From Microcoleus sp. (GTDB taxonomy: Bacteria > Cyanobacteriota > Cyanobacteriia > Cyanobacteriales > Microcoleaceae), in assembly GCA_052279835.1 (NCBI GenBank), contig CP181291.1:5568001-5632000 (forward strand): a stretch of DNA of 64,000 nt. The letters are read 5' to 3'. Positions within the stretch are counted from its first letter, which is position 1, and the number at the start of each line of letters is the position of its first letter. The position numbers and the translations under genes were made by a program. Below, piece by piece: positions 1 to 10,201 of the stretch. The notes under the pieces are model-generated. The model was not told the DNA's origin, ran no database searches, and saw only the letters and a program-made list of their open reading frames with translations.

Positions 1-1669
1 AGACAGCCCCCAAAAACGCTCCCCGTCGGCCCCAAACTCTCCCCATCGGCACTATCAGAGGAGGCTTAAAACTCGTCCAAACCAAGCCCCACACAATACC
101 CACCCCCACACCCGACCAAATTCCCCGGCCGATCGCCGGATTCTCACTAATCGCCCCAAACACCACACCCCCGATCGCCGCCAACACAAAAGCCCCCCAC
201 AAAGTCCCCACCAAAACACCCACCCACTTCCGAAAAATCTGATTCGGAGGTACAGCCAAAATGCCCCAAATCATCCCAAAAAAAGCGCCCCAAATCGAAC
301 CCACAAAAATCGCCCCCAAAATCGCCCCACCACCCTGGGCGATCGCCGAAAATACCCCCGCCACCGCCGCCAAACACAAACCGCCCCAAACAGCACCCCA
401 ACCAGCATCCTGAAATACCCGTTCCAACTTGCTAACAGGTACTGTCGGAGGCGGAGTCCGAGAAGACATCGGCATCGGCAACAGTGGCGGCTGGTATTGA
501 CCTAGAGACCTTGGCAGTCCCGTAAACTGCTGTTGTCTGGGTCTTACGGTCTCCCGTACAACAGTGGGGGGTTTGGGCTTCTGACGCTGATTTTTCGCAG
601 GCTGCAAGTTCACTCCGTTGCGGACTGCTTCCCGCGAGGGGAATGGATCGCGCCCTCTGAGCAGTTTTGCCCGATCGCACCAAGGACAGCGACTGAGATG
701 ATTGCCGTATTTATGTTGATTATTTCTGCTGCAAGTAATTAGAGCATCTTCCGCTTCCCGCAGCGCATTTACCCAAGTTTTGGCATCCGGGCGCGCCAAA
801 GGACTGCTGTGCCCATCCTCAAAACAGCGGATAAACATCTGTCGCAGTAGGGGATGCAGCATTTCCCAAGCTGGTGCTGCGGGCATGGGGCGATAGGGAA
901 TCCGCTTGGTGCCAGAGGGGAAATGGCCTGATCGAATTCTCGCTTCTAAGGGCGGCGGTTCATCCGTACCGAGATAAACCCCCGAAAACGGGTGCGTACC
1001 TTCCATCAGTAGTTGAAAAATCAGCACCGCTAAGCCGAACAAATCATGTTCTGGGGCTCTGTCAATATCCCGAAAAGTTTTTCCCTGCAATTCCGGTGGT
1101 GTAAACTCTGGCTTCCCCACGGGACATCGATAAACGTAACCTGTATAGGGATCGCGTACTTGAAAGGAATCCGTATCTACCAGAGTTACTAAAGCTGTGT
1201 CGGTGACGAGGATATTGGACTCATTCACATCGCCGATGACGTAACCCCGTACATGGAGGGCGTTGACGGCGGCGGCCAGATTTCGGGCGGTGCGATGCAG
1301 GTAAAGATAGTTAAATAGGGGTTTTTGTTCGCGACGGGTTTTGGGAGTGTAGAAAGTGTGAACTGGCGACACCTTGGTGACGCGGGGCATCACAAAACCG
1401 ACGATTTTTTCTCGCCCGCCCACAGTATGCAGTAAATCCAGTGGCCAAGCAATTGAAGCGTGTCCCGGTGCGGCGATCGGCGCATCTGGTGGCATACTGA
1501 ACATGACTGTGAGTTTGTCGCCGTCTTCTTCTGTCGGTCTGTGATAAATTTTTGCTACTAGGGACTGGTCTTGGGGGAGGGGATAGATGCGACCTTCACC
1601 TCCACTGGCGATCGCCGTGTTAGTGTCGATCGCGATCAGTTGTCCGCTAAATTGCCGCTGCAACTGCAT
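1..1669 (-). CDS. YegI-like Ser/Thr protein kinase with CPWC motif, Pro-rich linker and Gly-rich C-terminal membrane domain (3' end runs off window)
   Basis: Missing from the ORF track because no stop lies in the window. Hand translation from ATG 1669 gives MQLQRQFSGQLIAIDTNTAIASGGEGRIY...VAKIYH...IGDVNESNILV...LVDTDSFQ...CPVGKPEFTPPELQG...DLFGLAVLIF...HLSRCPWC, then GWGAVWGG-type hydrophobic segments. Confidence 0.85.
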   Translation of the reverse strand, partial: MQLQRQFSGQLIAIDTNTAIASGGEGRIYPLPQDQSLVAKIYHRPTEEDGDKLTVMFSMPPDAPIAAPGHASIAWPLDLLHTVGGREKIVGFVMPRVTKVSPVHTFYTPKTRREQKPLFNYLYLHRTARNLAAAVNALHVRGYVIGDVNESNILVTDTALVTLVDTDSFQVRDPYTGYVYRCPVGKPEFTPPELQGKTFRDIDRAPEHDLFGLAVLIFQLLMEGTHPFSGVYLGTDEPPPLEARIRSGHFPSGTKRIPYRPMPAAPAWEMLHPLLRQMFIRCFEDGHSSPLARPDAKTWVNALREAEDALITCSRNNQHKYGNHLSRCPWCDRAKLLRGRDPFPSREAVRNGVNLQPAKNQRQKPKPPTVVRETVRPRQQQFTGLPRSLGQYQPPLLPMPMSSRTPPPTVPVSKLERVFQDAGWGAVWGGLCLAAVAGVFSAIAQGGGAILGAIFVGSIWGAFFGMIWGILAVPPNQIFRKWVGVLVGTLWGAFVLAAIGGVVFGAISENPAIGRGIWSGVGVGIVWGLVWTSFKPPLIVPMGRVWGRRGAFLGAV

Positions 1670-1857
1670 AGAATTCCATATATATATCGACGATCTCGAT
1701 TTTAGATTGGGGATCTGGCATTTTTGATTGAAGAACTGACCCCGCTGGTAAATCTATTAACAGTCAGACCAGCCAGCATCAGAGATATAACGATTTAAAC
1801 CTTTCTTTCTGGATTGTCCATTTATAAATTAGCTAATCCGCTGCATTATACTATATT

Positions 1858-4800
1858 TTAGGACAAATATGGAGCTATCAATTTGACAATTTTTTCATAC
1901 TCAAAATCTTCTGAAAGTTCCAGCACCCTAGCAACAAAGGAACTATACTCTGGGTGTAATTGTTCCAACCGGCTGATTTCCAAATCCACATCTTCAACAT
2001 AACAGCCCTTCGCTGCTTGATACAAAACCAGCAATTCTTCTTTGGGCGGCACCACCATTTCCTGCGGACTAGCAGCTAAAGATACAGCCTCGGTCAACTT
2101 TGACCCGGTTGCTGCTGGTTGGTAAATCCATGACAAATTTAAATAACTCTGGATTTGGTCTAGCAATTCTACCGCTTGAATCGGCTTAGAGAGAAAATCG
2201 CTGTAGCCCAATTCTAAACATTTTTGGCGGTCTTCATTAAACACGGTGGCAGATGCAGCTACGATTGTTGTACTTTGAAATTGGGGTAATTGTCGCAGTT
2301 CTTGAATCAATCGGAAGCCATCCACCCCAGGCATTATTAAGTCAGATAAAATCAAATCCGGCTGCCATTCTACAGCTTTTTTTAAACCTTCTTGTCCGTC
2401 GGCTGCTTCCGCCAGTTCAAACCCTAAAGGTTCTAGCAAATTAATTATCACCGACCGATTCTCCCAGCGGTCATCGATTACCAATATTTTCTTTTTTTGA
2501 CCTTGATAGCCAAGGACTCTCTTGGTTGAGGTGATGGAGATTGATGCGGCTAAATCTGAACTGATGGGCAAGTTTAAATAAAACCAAAACTTGCTACCAA
2601 TTCCGGCAGTGCTCTCGACACAAATCTCACTTCCCATTAAAGAAAGCAGGTTTTTAGTAATTGCTAATCCCAAGCCGGTTCCTTCTGCTTGGAGAGAAAT
2701 ATCTCCCACTTGCTCGAAGGGCAAGAAGATTTTTTCTAAGTTTTCGGGAGAGATACCACAACCTGTATCTTCTATTTGGAAGCAAATTTTCTGGGATGGA
2801 CGAGGTATGAGTTCTGAAGAATGAGTAGCATCGGATGGATGCTGCATAATTCCTAATTCATGATAGCGGCTGTCTGTGACTCCTACTTTGAAAGTGACAC
2901 TACCTTTGTCAGTAAATTTTACAGCGTTGGACAGAAAGTTAATTAAAACTTGGCGCAGCCGCTTTTCATCGGCACAAACCGTTTTGGGGAGTTGAGTAAG
3001 AGCCTCGTAGGTAAAGTCAATTGATTTTTGTTGAGTTTTGACTCGGAAGATTTCTAACACTCCTTGCAGGAATTCGGAAAAATTAAAGATTTCCGGGTTA
3101 AGTTGGAGTTTGTTGGCTTCGATTTTAGACAAGCTTAAAATGTCGTTAATCAGGGTTAGCAAATGTTCGCTGCAATTGTAGATAATCTCAACGCCTTGCT
3201 GTTGTTTGGCGGTGCAGTCTGGGTCTAGTTGCAAGATTTGGGCGTAGCCCATAATGCCGTTGAGGGGAGTGCGCAGTTCGTGGCTCATATTGGCGAGGAA
3301 TGTGCTTTTAGCCAGGGATGCTGCTTCGGCGGCTTCTTTGGCTGCTGCGAGGGCGATTTCTGTTTGTTTACGATCGCAAATTTCCTGTTCTAATTGAGAG
3401 TTAGTCAGGGCTAACTCAGCAGTTCGTTCTGTAACTTTGGCTTCTAAGGTTCGATTGTAATTGGCTAATAGTTTCTCAGCTAGTTTGCGTTCTGTGATGT
3501 CAACAAAAGCGGCAATAGCTGCAACGATTTGCCCTTGTTCGTCGAACAGTGGCATACTGTAGACTTCGGCGGGAAATATCCGATCGCTCAACCGAATTTC
3601 TAGGTCGTCAAGCCTCACCTGTTCGCCTTTAAGCGATCGCACTATTGGCAAATCTGCTGCCGGATATAACTGCTCGGTTTCTGCTTGGTAAATATGATAA
3701 GTCACTGCTAATTGCTCGATTTGAGCAGACGGTAAAGTTTCGTTAATTTCCAGTAACTGTCTGGCCATCTGATTAACGTAAATGATTTGTCCGGTAAGAT
3801 CGTGAACTGCTACCCCCACTGGCATCGCTTCGAGAATTTGATTCAGTTTGCTCTCGCTCTGGGCTAAGGCTTCATTTAAGGATTGGAGGTCTGCAAATGA
3901 CTGTTTCAGTTGACCAGACATCAGATTAAACGTCTTTGTTAATTGTCCCAATTCATCAGAGCGTTCAATTTCTATTGATTTATGCCATTCGCCATGGGCA
4001 ATATTTTTAGCAACTTTATTTAAATCCAGAATTGGTTTTGTAACCCAACGAGCCGTAATAATACCAATACCTGTAGACCCGATTAATGACGCGATACACA
4101 GCAGGATCGTCGTGCGAGTATTGGCATATATTTGTGCCATGAAGTCGGCTTCTGGAACAACTGTGATAATCAACCAATCCAACTCAGATTTATCCGAGAT
4201 CGGGTTCACCTGTAAGAAATAGCGAGCGCGGTTAAAGTCAAACTCTAATCTTTGATTTTGCTCAATTTTAGGAAAAATTTTAAGATGAGTCAACAGAAAA
4301 TTAACGGATGCCTGAGTGAGGGGATTCCTACTGTTTTGAGCTAGCAGTCTCCATTCTTGAGGCTTTAAGTTTTTTAGATAATCTGAATCTAATTTTTGCT
4401 TAAATGGTGTCTCGCCTGTGGAACTGGCAATGAGTAGGCCTTGGCGATCGATAATGAATACTTGCCCTGTCCGTCCAACTTCCAAACTCTTTAGAAAATT
4501 AGCAAACTGAGGCAGATAGAGGGAGGATGCCAAAATTCCCTGAAAATTCCCATCGGGGTCAGAAAACGGCAAAAAGTTAACAATTGTCAATAAAGGACGA
4601 TCGACTCCCTGTGATAAATTAACAACTGGAAGCCAAATTGCTTTACCTGCTTCCTGGGCGGCTCGATACCAGGGACGGCCTTTAGGTGGATCGTTATGCG
4701 GATCGTAGTCATGTCTTACTTTGGTGAGCTTAATTCGCTTCCCTTGACGATCGGCAGCATAGCGGTGAAAGGCGTAATCCGTAGATTTATCCATAACTCG

Positions 4801-5220
4801 GATCACCAAAGAATCATTTGCCAATGATTTTTCGACACCAAGGAATTCTTTTTGCTCAGTGGCGATCGCCACATTACTAACCGTGGCATAGATTTGTAAT
4901 TGCTGTGCAAAGTAGCGTTCTAAATCCGAAAAATTTTTCCAGTCTAAAACCCTTGTGCGAATTGCTGCTGCATGGTTTTGATTAATTTGCTTAGGCACAT
5001 CCAGGTAATTTTGCAGATTTTGCTCAACGCGCCCGTCCACTTCATCTATTAACTGATAAGCTAAGTTTTTAACTGCCTGTTGCCCGTTTTTATAGGATAG
5101 ATAACCCACCAATCCCACTGTCCCGACAATTTGTATAACGAAAGGAACAATTAAAACAGTTCGTAGGGGAAGTTTCCCAGCAACTCTGGCGAATAAGTTA
5201 GAAAAAGAAGGGATTTTCAT
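1858..5220 (-). CDS. Hybrid sensor histidine kinase (TM-Cache-TM-HAMP-PAS-HisKA-HATPase-REC)
   Basis: FLANMSHELRTPLN H-box, NAVKFT N-box, DTGCGI and GTGLGL G-boxes, C-terminal receiver domain. Start set at MKIPS (5220) because the upstream extension is heptamer repeat. Confidence 0.93.
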   Translation of the reverse strand: MKIPSFSNLFARVAGKLPLRTVLIVPFVIQIVGTVGLVGYLSYKNGQQAVKNLAYQLIDEVDGRVEQNLQNYLDVPKQINQNHAAAIRTRVLDWKNFSDLERYFAQQLQIYATVSNVAIATEQKEFLGVEKSLANDSLVIRVMDKSTDYAFHRYAADRQGKRIKLTKVRHDYDPHNDPPKGRPWYRAAQEAGKAIWLPVVNLSQGVDRPLLTIVNFLPFSDPDGNFQGILASSLYLPQFANFLKSLEVGRTGQVFIIDRQGLLIASSTGETPFKQKLDSDYLKNLKPQEWRLLAQNSRNPLTQASVNFLLTHLKIFPKIEQNQRLEFDFNRARYFLQVNPISDKSELDWLIITVVPEADFMAQIYANTRTTILLCIASLIGSTGIGIITARWVTKPILDLNKVAKNIAHGEWHKSIEIERSDELGQLTKTFNLMSGQLKQSFADLQSLNEALAQSESKLNQILEAMPVGVAVHDLTGQIIYVNQMARQLLEINETLPSAQIEQLAVTYHIYQAETEQLYPAADLPIVRSLKGEQVRLDDLEIRLSDRIFPAEVYSMPLFDEQGQIVAAIAAFVDITERKLAEKLLANYNRTLEAKVTERTAELALTNSQLEQEICDRKQTEIALAAAKEAAEAASLAKSTFLANMSHELRTPLNGIMGYAQILQLDPDCTAKQQQGVEIIYNCSEHLLTLINDILSLSKIEANKLQLNPEIFNFSEFLQGVLEIFRVKTQQKSIDFTYEALTQLPKTVCADEKRLRQVLINFLSNAVKFTDKGSVTFKVGVTDSRYHELGIMQHPSDATHSSELIPRPSQKICFQIEDTGCGISPENLEKIFLPFEQVGDISLQAEGTGLGLAITKNLLSLMGSEICVESTAGIGSKFWFYLNLPISSDLAASISITSTKRVLGYQGQKKKILVIDDRWENRSVIINLLEPLGFELAEAADGQEGLKKAVEWQPDLILSDLIMPGVDGFRLIQELRQLPQFQSTTIVAASATVFNEDRQKCLELGYSDFLSKPIQAVELLDQIQSYLNLSWIYQPAATGSKLTEAVSLAASPQEMVVPPKEELLVLYQAAKGCYVEDVDLEISRLEQLHPEYSSFVARVLELSEDFEYEKIVKLIAPYLS

Positions 5221-5251
5221 AACAGCAAGGAGGTTGTGTTGCTGGCGATTA

Positions 5252-5338
5252 GTAATGGGTAATGGGTAATGGGTAATGGGTAATGGGTAATTGGTAATGG
5301 GTAATTGGTAATGGGTAATTGGTAATTGGTAATTGGTA
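5252..5338. repeat. STRR-type heptamer tandem array (GGTAAT[G/T])n
   Basis: About 12 direct 7-bp units. Confidence 0.95.
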
Positions 5339-5363
5339 AAACTGGTTTCCAGGAAATGTCGCT

Positions 5364-5550
5364 GTAGGGGTGGGTTTGACCAATAATAATCGTGAATAAT
5401 TGACCATCTATTAAACCCGCCCCCACCCAACGGTAAATCCCCGCCAACATTTTTGAGATTTGATAAACATCCTGGTTGATGTAGTGTGTGGGGGCGGTTT
5501 TTTCGAGATTGTGTGTATTATGATATCTTGTTGGTAGAAGCCGCCCCTAC
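5364..5550. repeat. Pair of GTAG-type REP-like elements (GTAGGGG[C/T]GGGTT...AAACCCGCCCC)
   Basis: Imperfect inverted repeats at 5364-5427 and 5488-5550; related copies at 14490-14650. Confidence 0.75.
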
Positions 5551-5581
5551 AGGGTGTTGGCGTCTACCAATAGAAAATTCG

Positions 5582-5977
5582 TTATTTCCGCCACATATCA
5601 AATTGATCTTCCGAACAGCCGTTGATATATTGATTGTTCACCCAACCGTCAACAATTGCAAAAGTCTCATTGGGAGCAGTCCCATAAGTTCTCGCCGCAA
5701 TTTTCACCCATTCTCCCTTTCTGCTAACAGCCCTAACTCCGTCTCCTCTTTTGAGTTTAACAACCACCGGGTAATTATTGCCGGGACCTTTCCGAATGTT
5801 AACAGTCCCTGTTTTAACATTAATAAAGGAGCATTTAGTTTGCTCTTTTAAAGCTTCTACTTTGTCGGGTGACAGAGTTTGCTCTTTACCAAAAACGGGA
5901 AAACTGACCAGGGAAAAGCCAAAAGTAGCGACTGCGGCTGCAATGAAAAAGGCTTTGGATTGAGTCAAACTTAGCAT
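5582..5977 (-). CDS. Secreted SH3b domain protein
   Basis: Signal peptide plus VNIRKGPGNNYPVV...GEWVKI...GWVNNQYI SH3_3 pattern. Confidence 0.85.
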   Translation of the reverse strand: MLSLTQSKAFFIAAAVATFGFSLVSFPVFGKEQTLSPDKVEALKEQTKCSFINVKTGTVNIRKGPGNNYPVVVKLKRGDGVRAVSRKGEWVKIAARTYGTAPNETFAIVDGWVNNQYINGCSEDQFDMWRK

Positions 5978-6028
5978 CTATTTAATCTCCGTGGGTTAAT
6001 AAGGACTCTTGGTCCTTACTACTAATTT

Positions 6029-7852
6029 TTATTTAACTGAGGCAAACCATTCGGTAATACCTTGGGCGATCGCCTCTGCTAACTTCTGCTGTTCTGTAGC
6101 ATTGACAATCCATTCAAACTCATCAGGATTAATCATAAATCCTAATTCCATTAAAACAGATGGAGCAACGGCAGGACGAGTCATGGCTAGGTTGTTCCAG
6201 AATACACCATAGGAAGGGCGATTCAATTTAGCAACTAAATAGTTGTGCAAAAACATTGCCAAACTGTGCGCTTGCGGGTGAAACCAAAAAGCGCCGACAC
6301 CTTTAGTATTAATCGCGTCCCCGTTATCTGGTAAAGCATTGTAGTGAAGAGAAATTGCGATCGCAGGTGCTTCTTTTTGAATCATTTCCACCCTCGGTGG
6401 CAAATCCAGATCCACATCTTCCACCCGCGTCATTACCACATTTGCACCCCGATTTACCAATTCCTCACGTACCAATTTTGACACAATTAAAGCCACAGTT
6501 TTTTCTCGGTAGCCTGTGGGCCCGACACCCCCTGAATCTTCGGGCCCCCCGTGTCCCGGATCTAACAGTATTTTAATTCCAGACAGCGGCTTTGCTTGTA
6601 GATTAGCCATCTGGCTGGCTTTCACAGGGGGGTGTTTTAAGGACAGCACTAAAGTTGTGCCATCATATCTCAATTTGTAACCCCATTGTTGCGCTGATTT
6701 GAGATTAAAAGTATATTGTAATTGCAGTGGCGATATTTGTTGCCATGTCAAACGTGAAATTACGGGGTCATCATCGAGTCGAATAATATCTGTTTGAGCG
6801 GTAGTATTGTACAGCGTTAAAGTGAACGCGCGTTCACCTTCTTGTACGGTGACGGGGACTGGTATTTCTAGAGGAAATAAGACTTCTGTCCAACCGGGAA
6901 CTTGACGCGATCGCGCGCTGCGAATTAGCGTTCGCGGCGGCACTGTATCCTTGACTATTTTCACTTCTGATGCTTTGATCCAAGCACCGTAATCGAGTCG
7001 AATCCATTCTCCTTCACGGCCAGTAATTGTGGCTCTTGTTCCCTTGGGTAGAGGTGTCATCCGAGAAAAATCGGTACTCGCGCCAGTGCGGGCAACACCT
7101 GGTTCTGCTGTCACTTCTGCTACTTCCAAATCAGCAGGAGAAAGAAGAGAAATTTTGCCCGTGCCTTGCTGGCTGACTGTTTGATTGTTCATGGTTAGTT
7201 CAAATACAGGCACTCCCAAATCTACTTTTTTGCTGTTATTTATTTGGGTGTCCGACTCAATGCCCCCCCTTAGTAAGGGGGGGTTGGGGGGGGTTTTGGC
7301 GCAGCCTTGATATTGTTGAGTAGCAGTTTTGATAGGAGAGTTTTCCCCTAATAATACAGATTTATTATCGGGCAATTCAACTTGCGATCGCGCTTTTAAA
7401 GGAATAGTTTCCCCTGCCAATTTTACCGAAACCTGAGCATTCATAGGTGCGATCGCCCCAAAGCAAATATATTCCCCCGGCAAAGTTGCCACATCAACTT
7501 TCGGTGTCAGAGAATCCTTAGCAAAAGCCAATCCTAAAGGAATTGCTGCCTGACTTGGCTGGCGCGTCACCTTAATTTTCACTTCCTGATTGTTGTAACG
7601 CAGTGTAAAGACATTTTCTCCCACTTGTAGGGGAAAAGTGGGGGCAAAATGACCGGCTTGAGTGCGGGGGATCTGGTTGCCATTTACCAAGACTTGTCCC
7701 GATGGTGGTGCTGTGCCAATTAAAAAAATGCGATCGACTGTAGTCTGGTGATTAGGAGGAGGATAAGCCACAAACAAAGGTTGGGCGGCAATAGCTACAG
7801 GAGCGATCGCCAAAATTATCCCGAACACAACTAAGGCTAAAAATTTTATCAT
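6029..7852 (-). CDS. N-acetylmuramoyl-L-alanine amidase (Amidase_3)
   Basis: Signal peptide; ILLDPGHGG, ISLHYNA and VLMELGFM zinc-ligand motifs. Confidence 0.92.
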   Translation of the reverse strand: MIKFLALVVFGIILAIAPVAIAAQPLFVAYPPPNHQTTVDRIFLIGTAPPSGQVLVNGNQIPRTQAGHFAPTFPLQVGENVFTLRYNNQEVKIKVTRQPSQAAIPLGLAFAKDSLTPKVDVATLPGEYICFGAIAPMNAQVSVKLAGETIPLKARSQVELPDNKSVLLGENSPIKTATQQYQGCAKTPPNPPLLRGGIESDTQINNSKKVDLGVPVFELTMNNQTVSQQGTGKISLLSPADLEVAEVTAEPGVARTGASTDFSRMTPLPKGTRATITGREGEWIRLDYGAWIKASEVKIVKDTVPPRTLIRSARSRQVPGWTEVLFPLEIPVPVTVQEGERAFTLTLYNTTAQTDIIRLDDDPVISRLTWQQISPLQLQYTFNLKSAQQWGYKLRYDGTTLVLSLKHPPVKASQMANLQAKPLSGIKILLDPGHGGPEDSGGVGPTGYREKTVALIVSKLVREELVNRGANVVMTRVEDVDLDLPPRVEMIQKEAPAIAISLHYNALPDNGDAINTKGVGAFWFHPQAHSLAMFLHNYLVAKLNRPSYGVFWNNLAMTRPAVAPSVLMELGFMINPDEFEWIVNATEQQKLAEAIAQGITEWFASVK

Positions 7853-8252
7853 TCTCAATCGCAGCTAATAGAGAGTCTGTGCTGACCTAATTTTATCAGG
7901 TTTATTACCATTTTATATCCCTTGTCTGCACAGCAATACGAAATTTTTTGTAGCCACAGTTTCCTGATTGTCCCAAAACAAAAAAAATATATTTTGTCCT
8001 GAAATTCATTTTTTTAACAGTATATTAACTATTTTGTAAGGTTTAAAACAAAACATCTAAAACTTTGTATATTCGGTACTATTTATTCTAGATCGGGACG
8101 ATTTAAATACTTTTAATTTCTATAAAAAACAGCTATTTATCACCCGGAATGGTGAGGGCATTGGTGAATATTAAAACTATATTCAGATCAATAGACAACG
8201 GTTAGATGAGAAGTTAAAAATCATCTACCACATCCAAAACAGAGGAGTTTTC

Positions 8253-8861
8253 ATGAAATCTAAATTGATTGCACAAATATTGTTATCTGCACTAGCAGTA
8301 TCCGGTACTATGGTAACTGCAACAACAGTGCAAGCTGGTCCAGCCACTTTGGTTGCTAACGAAACGACAGTATTTCAATGTGTTGGTTCAGGTCGAAACT
8401 TAGCAACAATTGCCAAGCGAGGAAATCGTACCACCGACCCGATAATTCTGTGGCGCACCACAGAATTTGGTCGTGAGTTTACTCCCAGCCAGCGCTGTCA
8501 AGCGGTTTCCAGAAGATTGACACAAGCGGTTGCTAATAATGGCGGAAGCTTAAGTAATTTACTGTTAACTACAGGTACTGTTAATAGCCTACCCGTTGTT
8601 TGTTTCGTGAGTGGGCGTGGACGCTGCAACTCTAGCAATACACTATTTACTCTTGACCGCAAAAATGCCAGCAATCCTGGTGCCGTGCTCACCCGTTTGG
8701 TCAATTTTGCCGAAAACGGTGTTGGTGAAGCCGTAGTTTCCAGAACTCGTCCTACTGATGAACCGGAACAGCAGTACGTTTCTTTGCAAGATTTAGTCGA
8801 TCGAGCTTTGAATACAGCCCCAGCACCTGTGAAAGCGCAACCAAGCAATCGAGGTATCTAA
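8253..8861 (+). CDS. COP23 domain-containing secreted protein (paralog 1)
   Basis: Signal peptide; F-x-C...IILW...FTPSQRCQAVS.RL...GTVNSLPVVC pattern; AGGAG RBS. Confidence 0.8.
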   Translation: MKSKLIAQILLSALAVSGTMVTATTVQAGPATLVANETTVFQCVGSGRNLATIAKRGNRTTDPIILWRTTEFGREFTPSQRCQAVSRRLTQAVANNGGSLSNLLLTTGTVNSLPVVCFVSGRGRCNSSNTLFTLDRKNASNPGAVLTRLVNFAENGVGEAVVSRTRPTDEPEQQYVSLQDLVDRALNTAPAPVKAQPSNRGI

Positions 8862-9152
8862 GTAGATATGTCTCTACTCAGTTGATGTGGGAGATGTCAC
8901 CTTAAGAAAGCGAATTTAAGCCTCCGAGACTATAATCTCCGACTTCTCCTTTCCCAGAAGTCGGGGATTTGTGCTTGGGGTGTGAGAAGTCGAGGATTTA
9001 AGGGCGATCGGTGTGGGCGTAAATCAACTAAAATATATCCGGGTGCAAGTACCAACCAGCAGAATCTAAGATATGTAGGAACACTCAACAGCAGTGTACC
9101 TAGAAATATGACTTCCTACATAAATCTACCTGTCTCAGATCCAGGAGTTATC

Positions 9153-9779
9153 ATGAAATTAAAATTTGTCGCACCTTTACTAGCATCCGCTTTAGTTTTG
9201 ACCGGTACTGCTGCATTTGCAGGTCAAGGAAAAACTCGGCTGATCACCAATACTTTAAATGACACTACAACAACATTTCAATGTGTTACTTCCGGTAGGA
9301 ATTTTGTGACTATTGCGCGACGGGGAAATGTGACGACAGATCCCATAATTCTGTGGAAATCTAGGGAATTCGGACCAGAATTTACACCTTGGCAGCGTTG
9401 TCAGATTGTTTCCAACAGATTGACCAAAGCAGTTGCGGACAACGGCGGCCGCTTGACTAACTTACAGTTAACAACAGGTACGATTAATAACCTCCCTGTG
9501 GTTTGTTATGTGAATGGAAGAGGGCGTTGCAATTCTCAAAATATCTTGTTCACCTTGGATAGCAAAAATGCTAAAAATCCCAGTGAAGTTTTAAGCAGAT
9601 TAATTAATTTTGCCCAAGATGGCGGTGGACAGGTAACAGTTTTGAGAACCAGAAACCCAGAGCAATTATCTTCCCAACAGTTTATTCCCTTTGGCGATTT
9701 GGTCGATCGCTCTTTTCATTCAACTACAAACAAACCATCTGTTCCCGCCGAAAAACCAGAGAGCGATCGGGGGATTTAA
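9153..9779 (+). CDS. COP23 domain-containing secreted protein (paralog 2)
   Basis: Clearly homologous to 8253-8861; AGGAG RBS before ATG 9153. Confidence 0.8.
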   Translation: MKLKFVAPLLASALVLTGTAAFAGQGKTRLITNTLNDTTTTFQCVTSGRNFVTIARRGNVTTDPIILWKSREFGPEFTPWQRCQIVSNRLTKAVADNGGRLTNLQLTTGTINNLPVVCYVNGRGRCNSQNILFTLDSKNAKNPSEVLSRLINFAQDGGGQVTVLRTRNPEQLSSQQFIPFGDLVDRSFHSTTNKPSVPAEKPESDRGI

Positions 9780-9785
9780 TATTTA

Positions 9786-9963
9786 ATATCAAATCCGGTA
9801 GCATCTGAATAATTCAGATCTCTATTAGACATCTCCCAAAAAGCTTGTCAAGAACAGGCAGGATGCCTGTTCCACAATAATTATGGGAGATGTCTATTCT
9901 CGGACTCTGTGTCCTCTGTGTTCTAGTAAGGTTAAATCATTCCGATGTAGCCGGAAACGATAT
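9786..9963. mobile_element. MITE-like element (ATATCAAATCCGG...CCGGAAACGATAT) with a nested 71-bp MITE (TAGACATCTCC...GGAGATGTCTA, 9826-9896)
   Basis: Two sets of terminal inverted repeats; relatives of the outer element at 18554-18643 and 48509-48694. Confidence 0.65.
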
Positions 9964-10201
9964 AATTTGTTGGTAGTAAGGACTTTAGTCATTAAAAGAT
10001 TCCCAGGAAGAGCCTGGGAATCTGTCATTTATACTGAATTTTAATCAAAGTAATTAGTCATAAAACACTACCAAAAATTCTATTTTATGCTAAATCTTCC
10101 TTCACGCCCTTTGCATCTTCGCGGTTGATTAAATAAATATTATTTAGCTAAAAACCGATTAAAATAAAGAAACAAATGCAAACACAGCCATACAGACAAC
10201 A

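Noticed and set aside
5221..5430. N-terminal extensions in the ORF track for the histidine kinase, and likewise prmC (61449-61580), trmL (19996-20250) and the transposase (12812-13000)
   Set aside because: They translate tandem repeats (YPLPITH, NSQFPIP) or intergenic DNA; downstream ATGs match the family starts.
9964..10201. Cobalamin riboswitch upstream of cobJ
   Set aside because: No recognisable B12-box; the region is AT-rich with repeat fragments.
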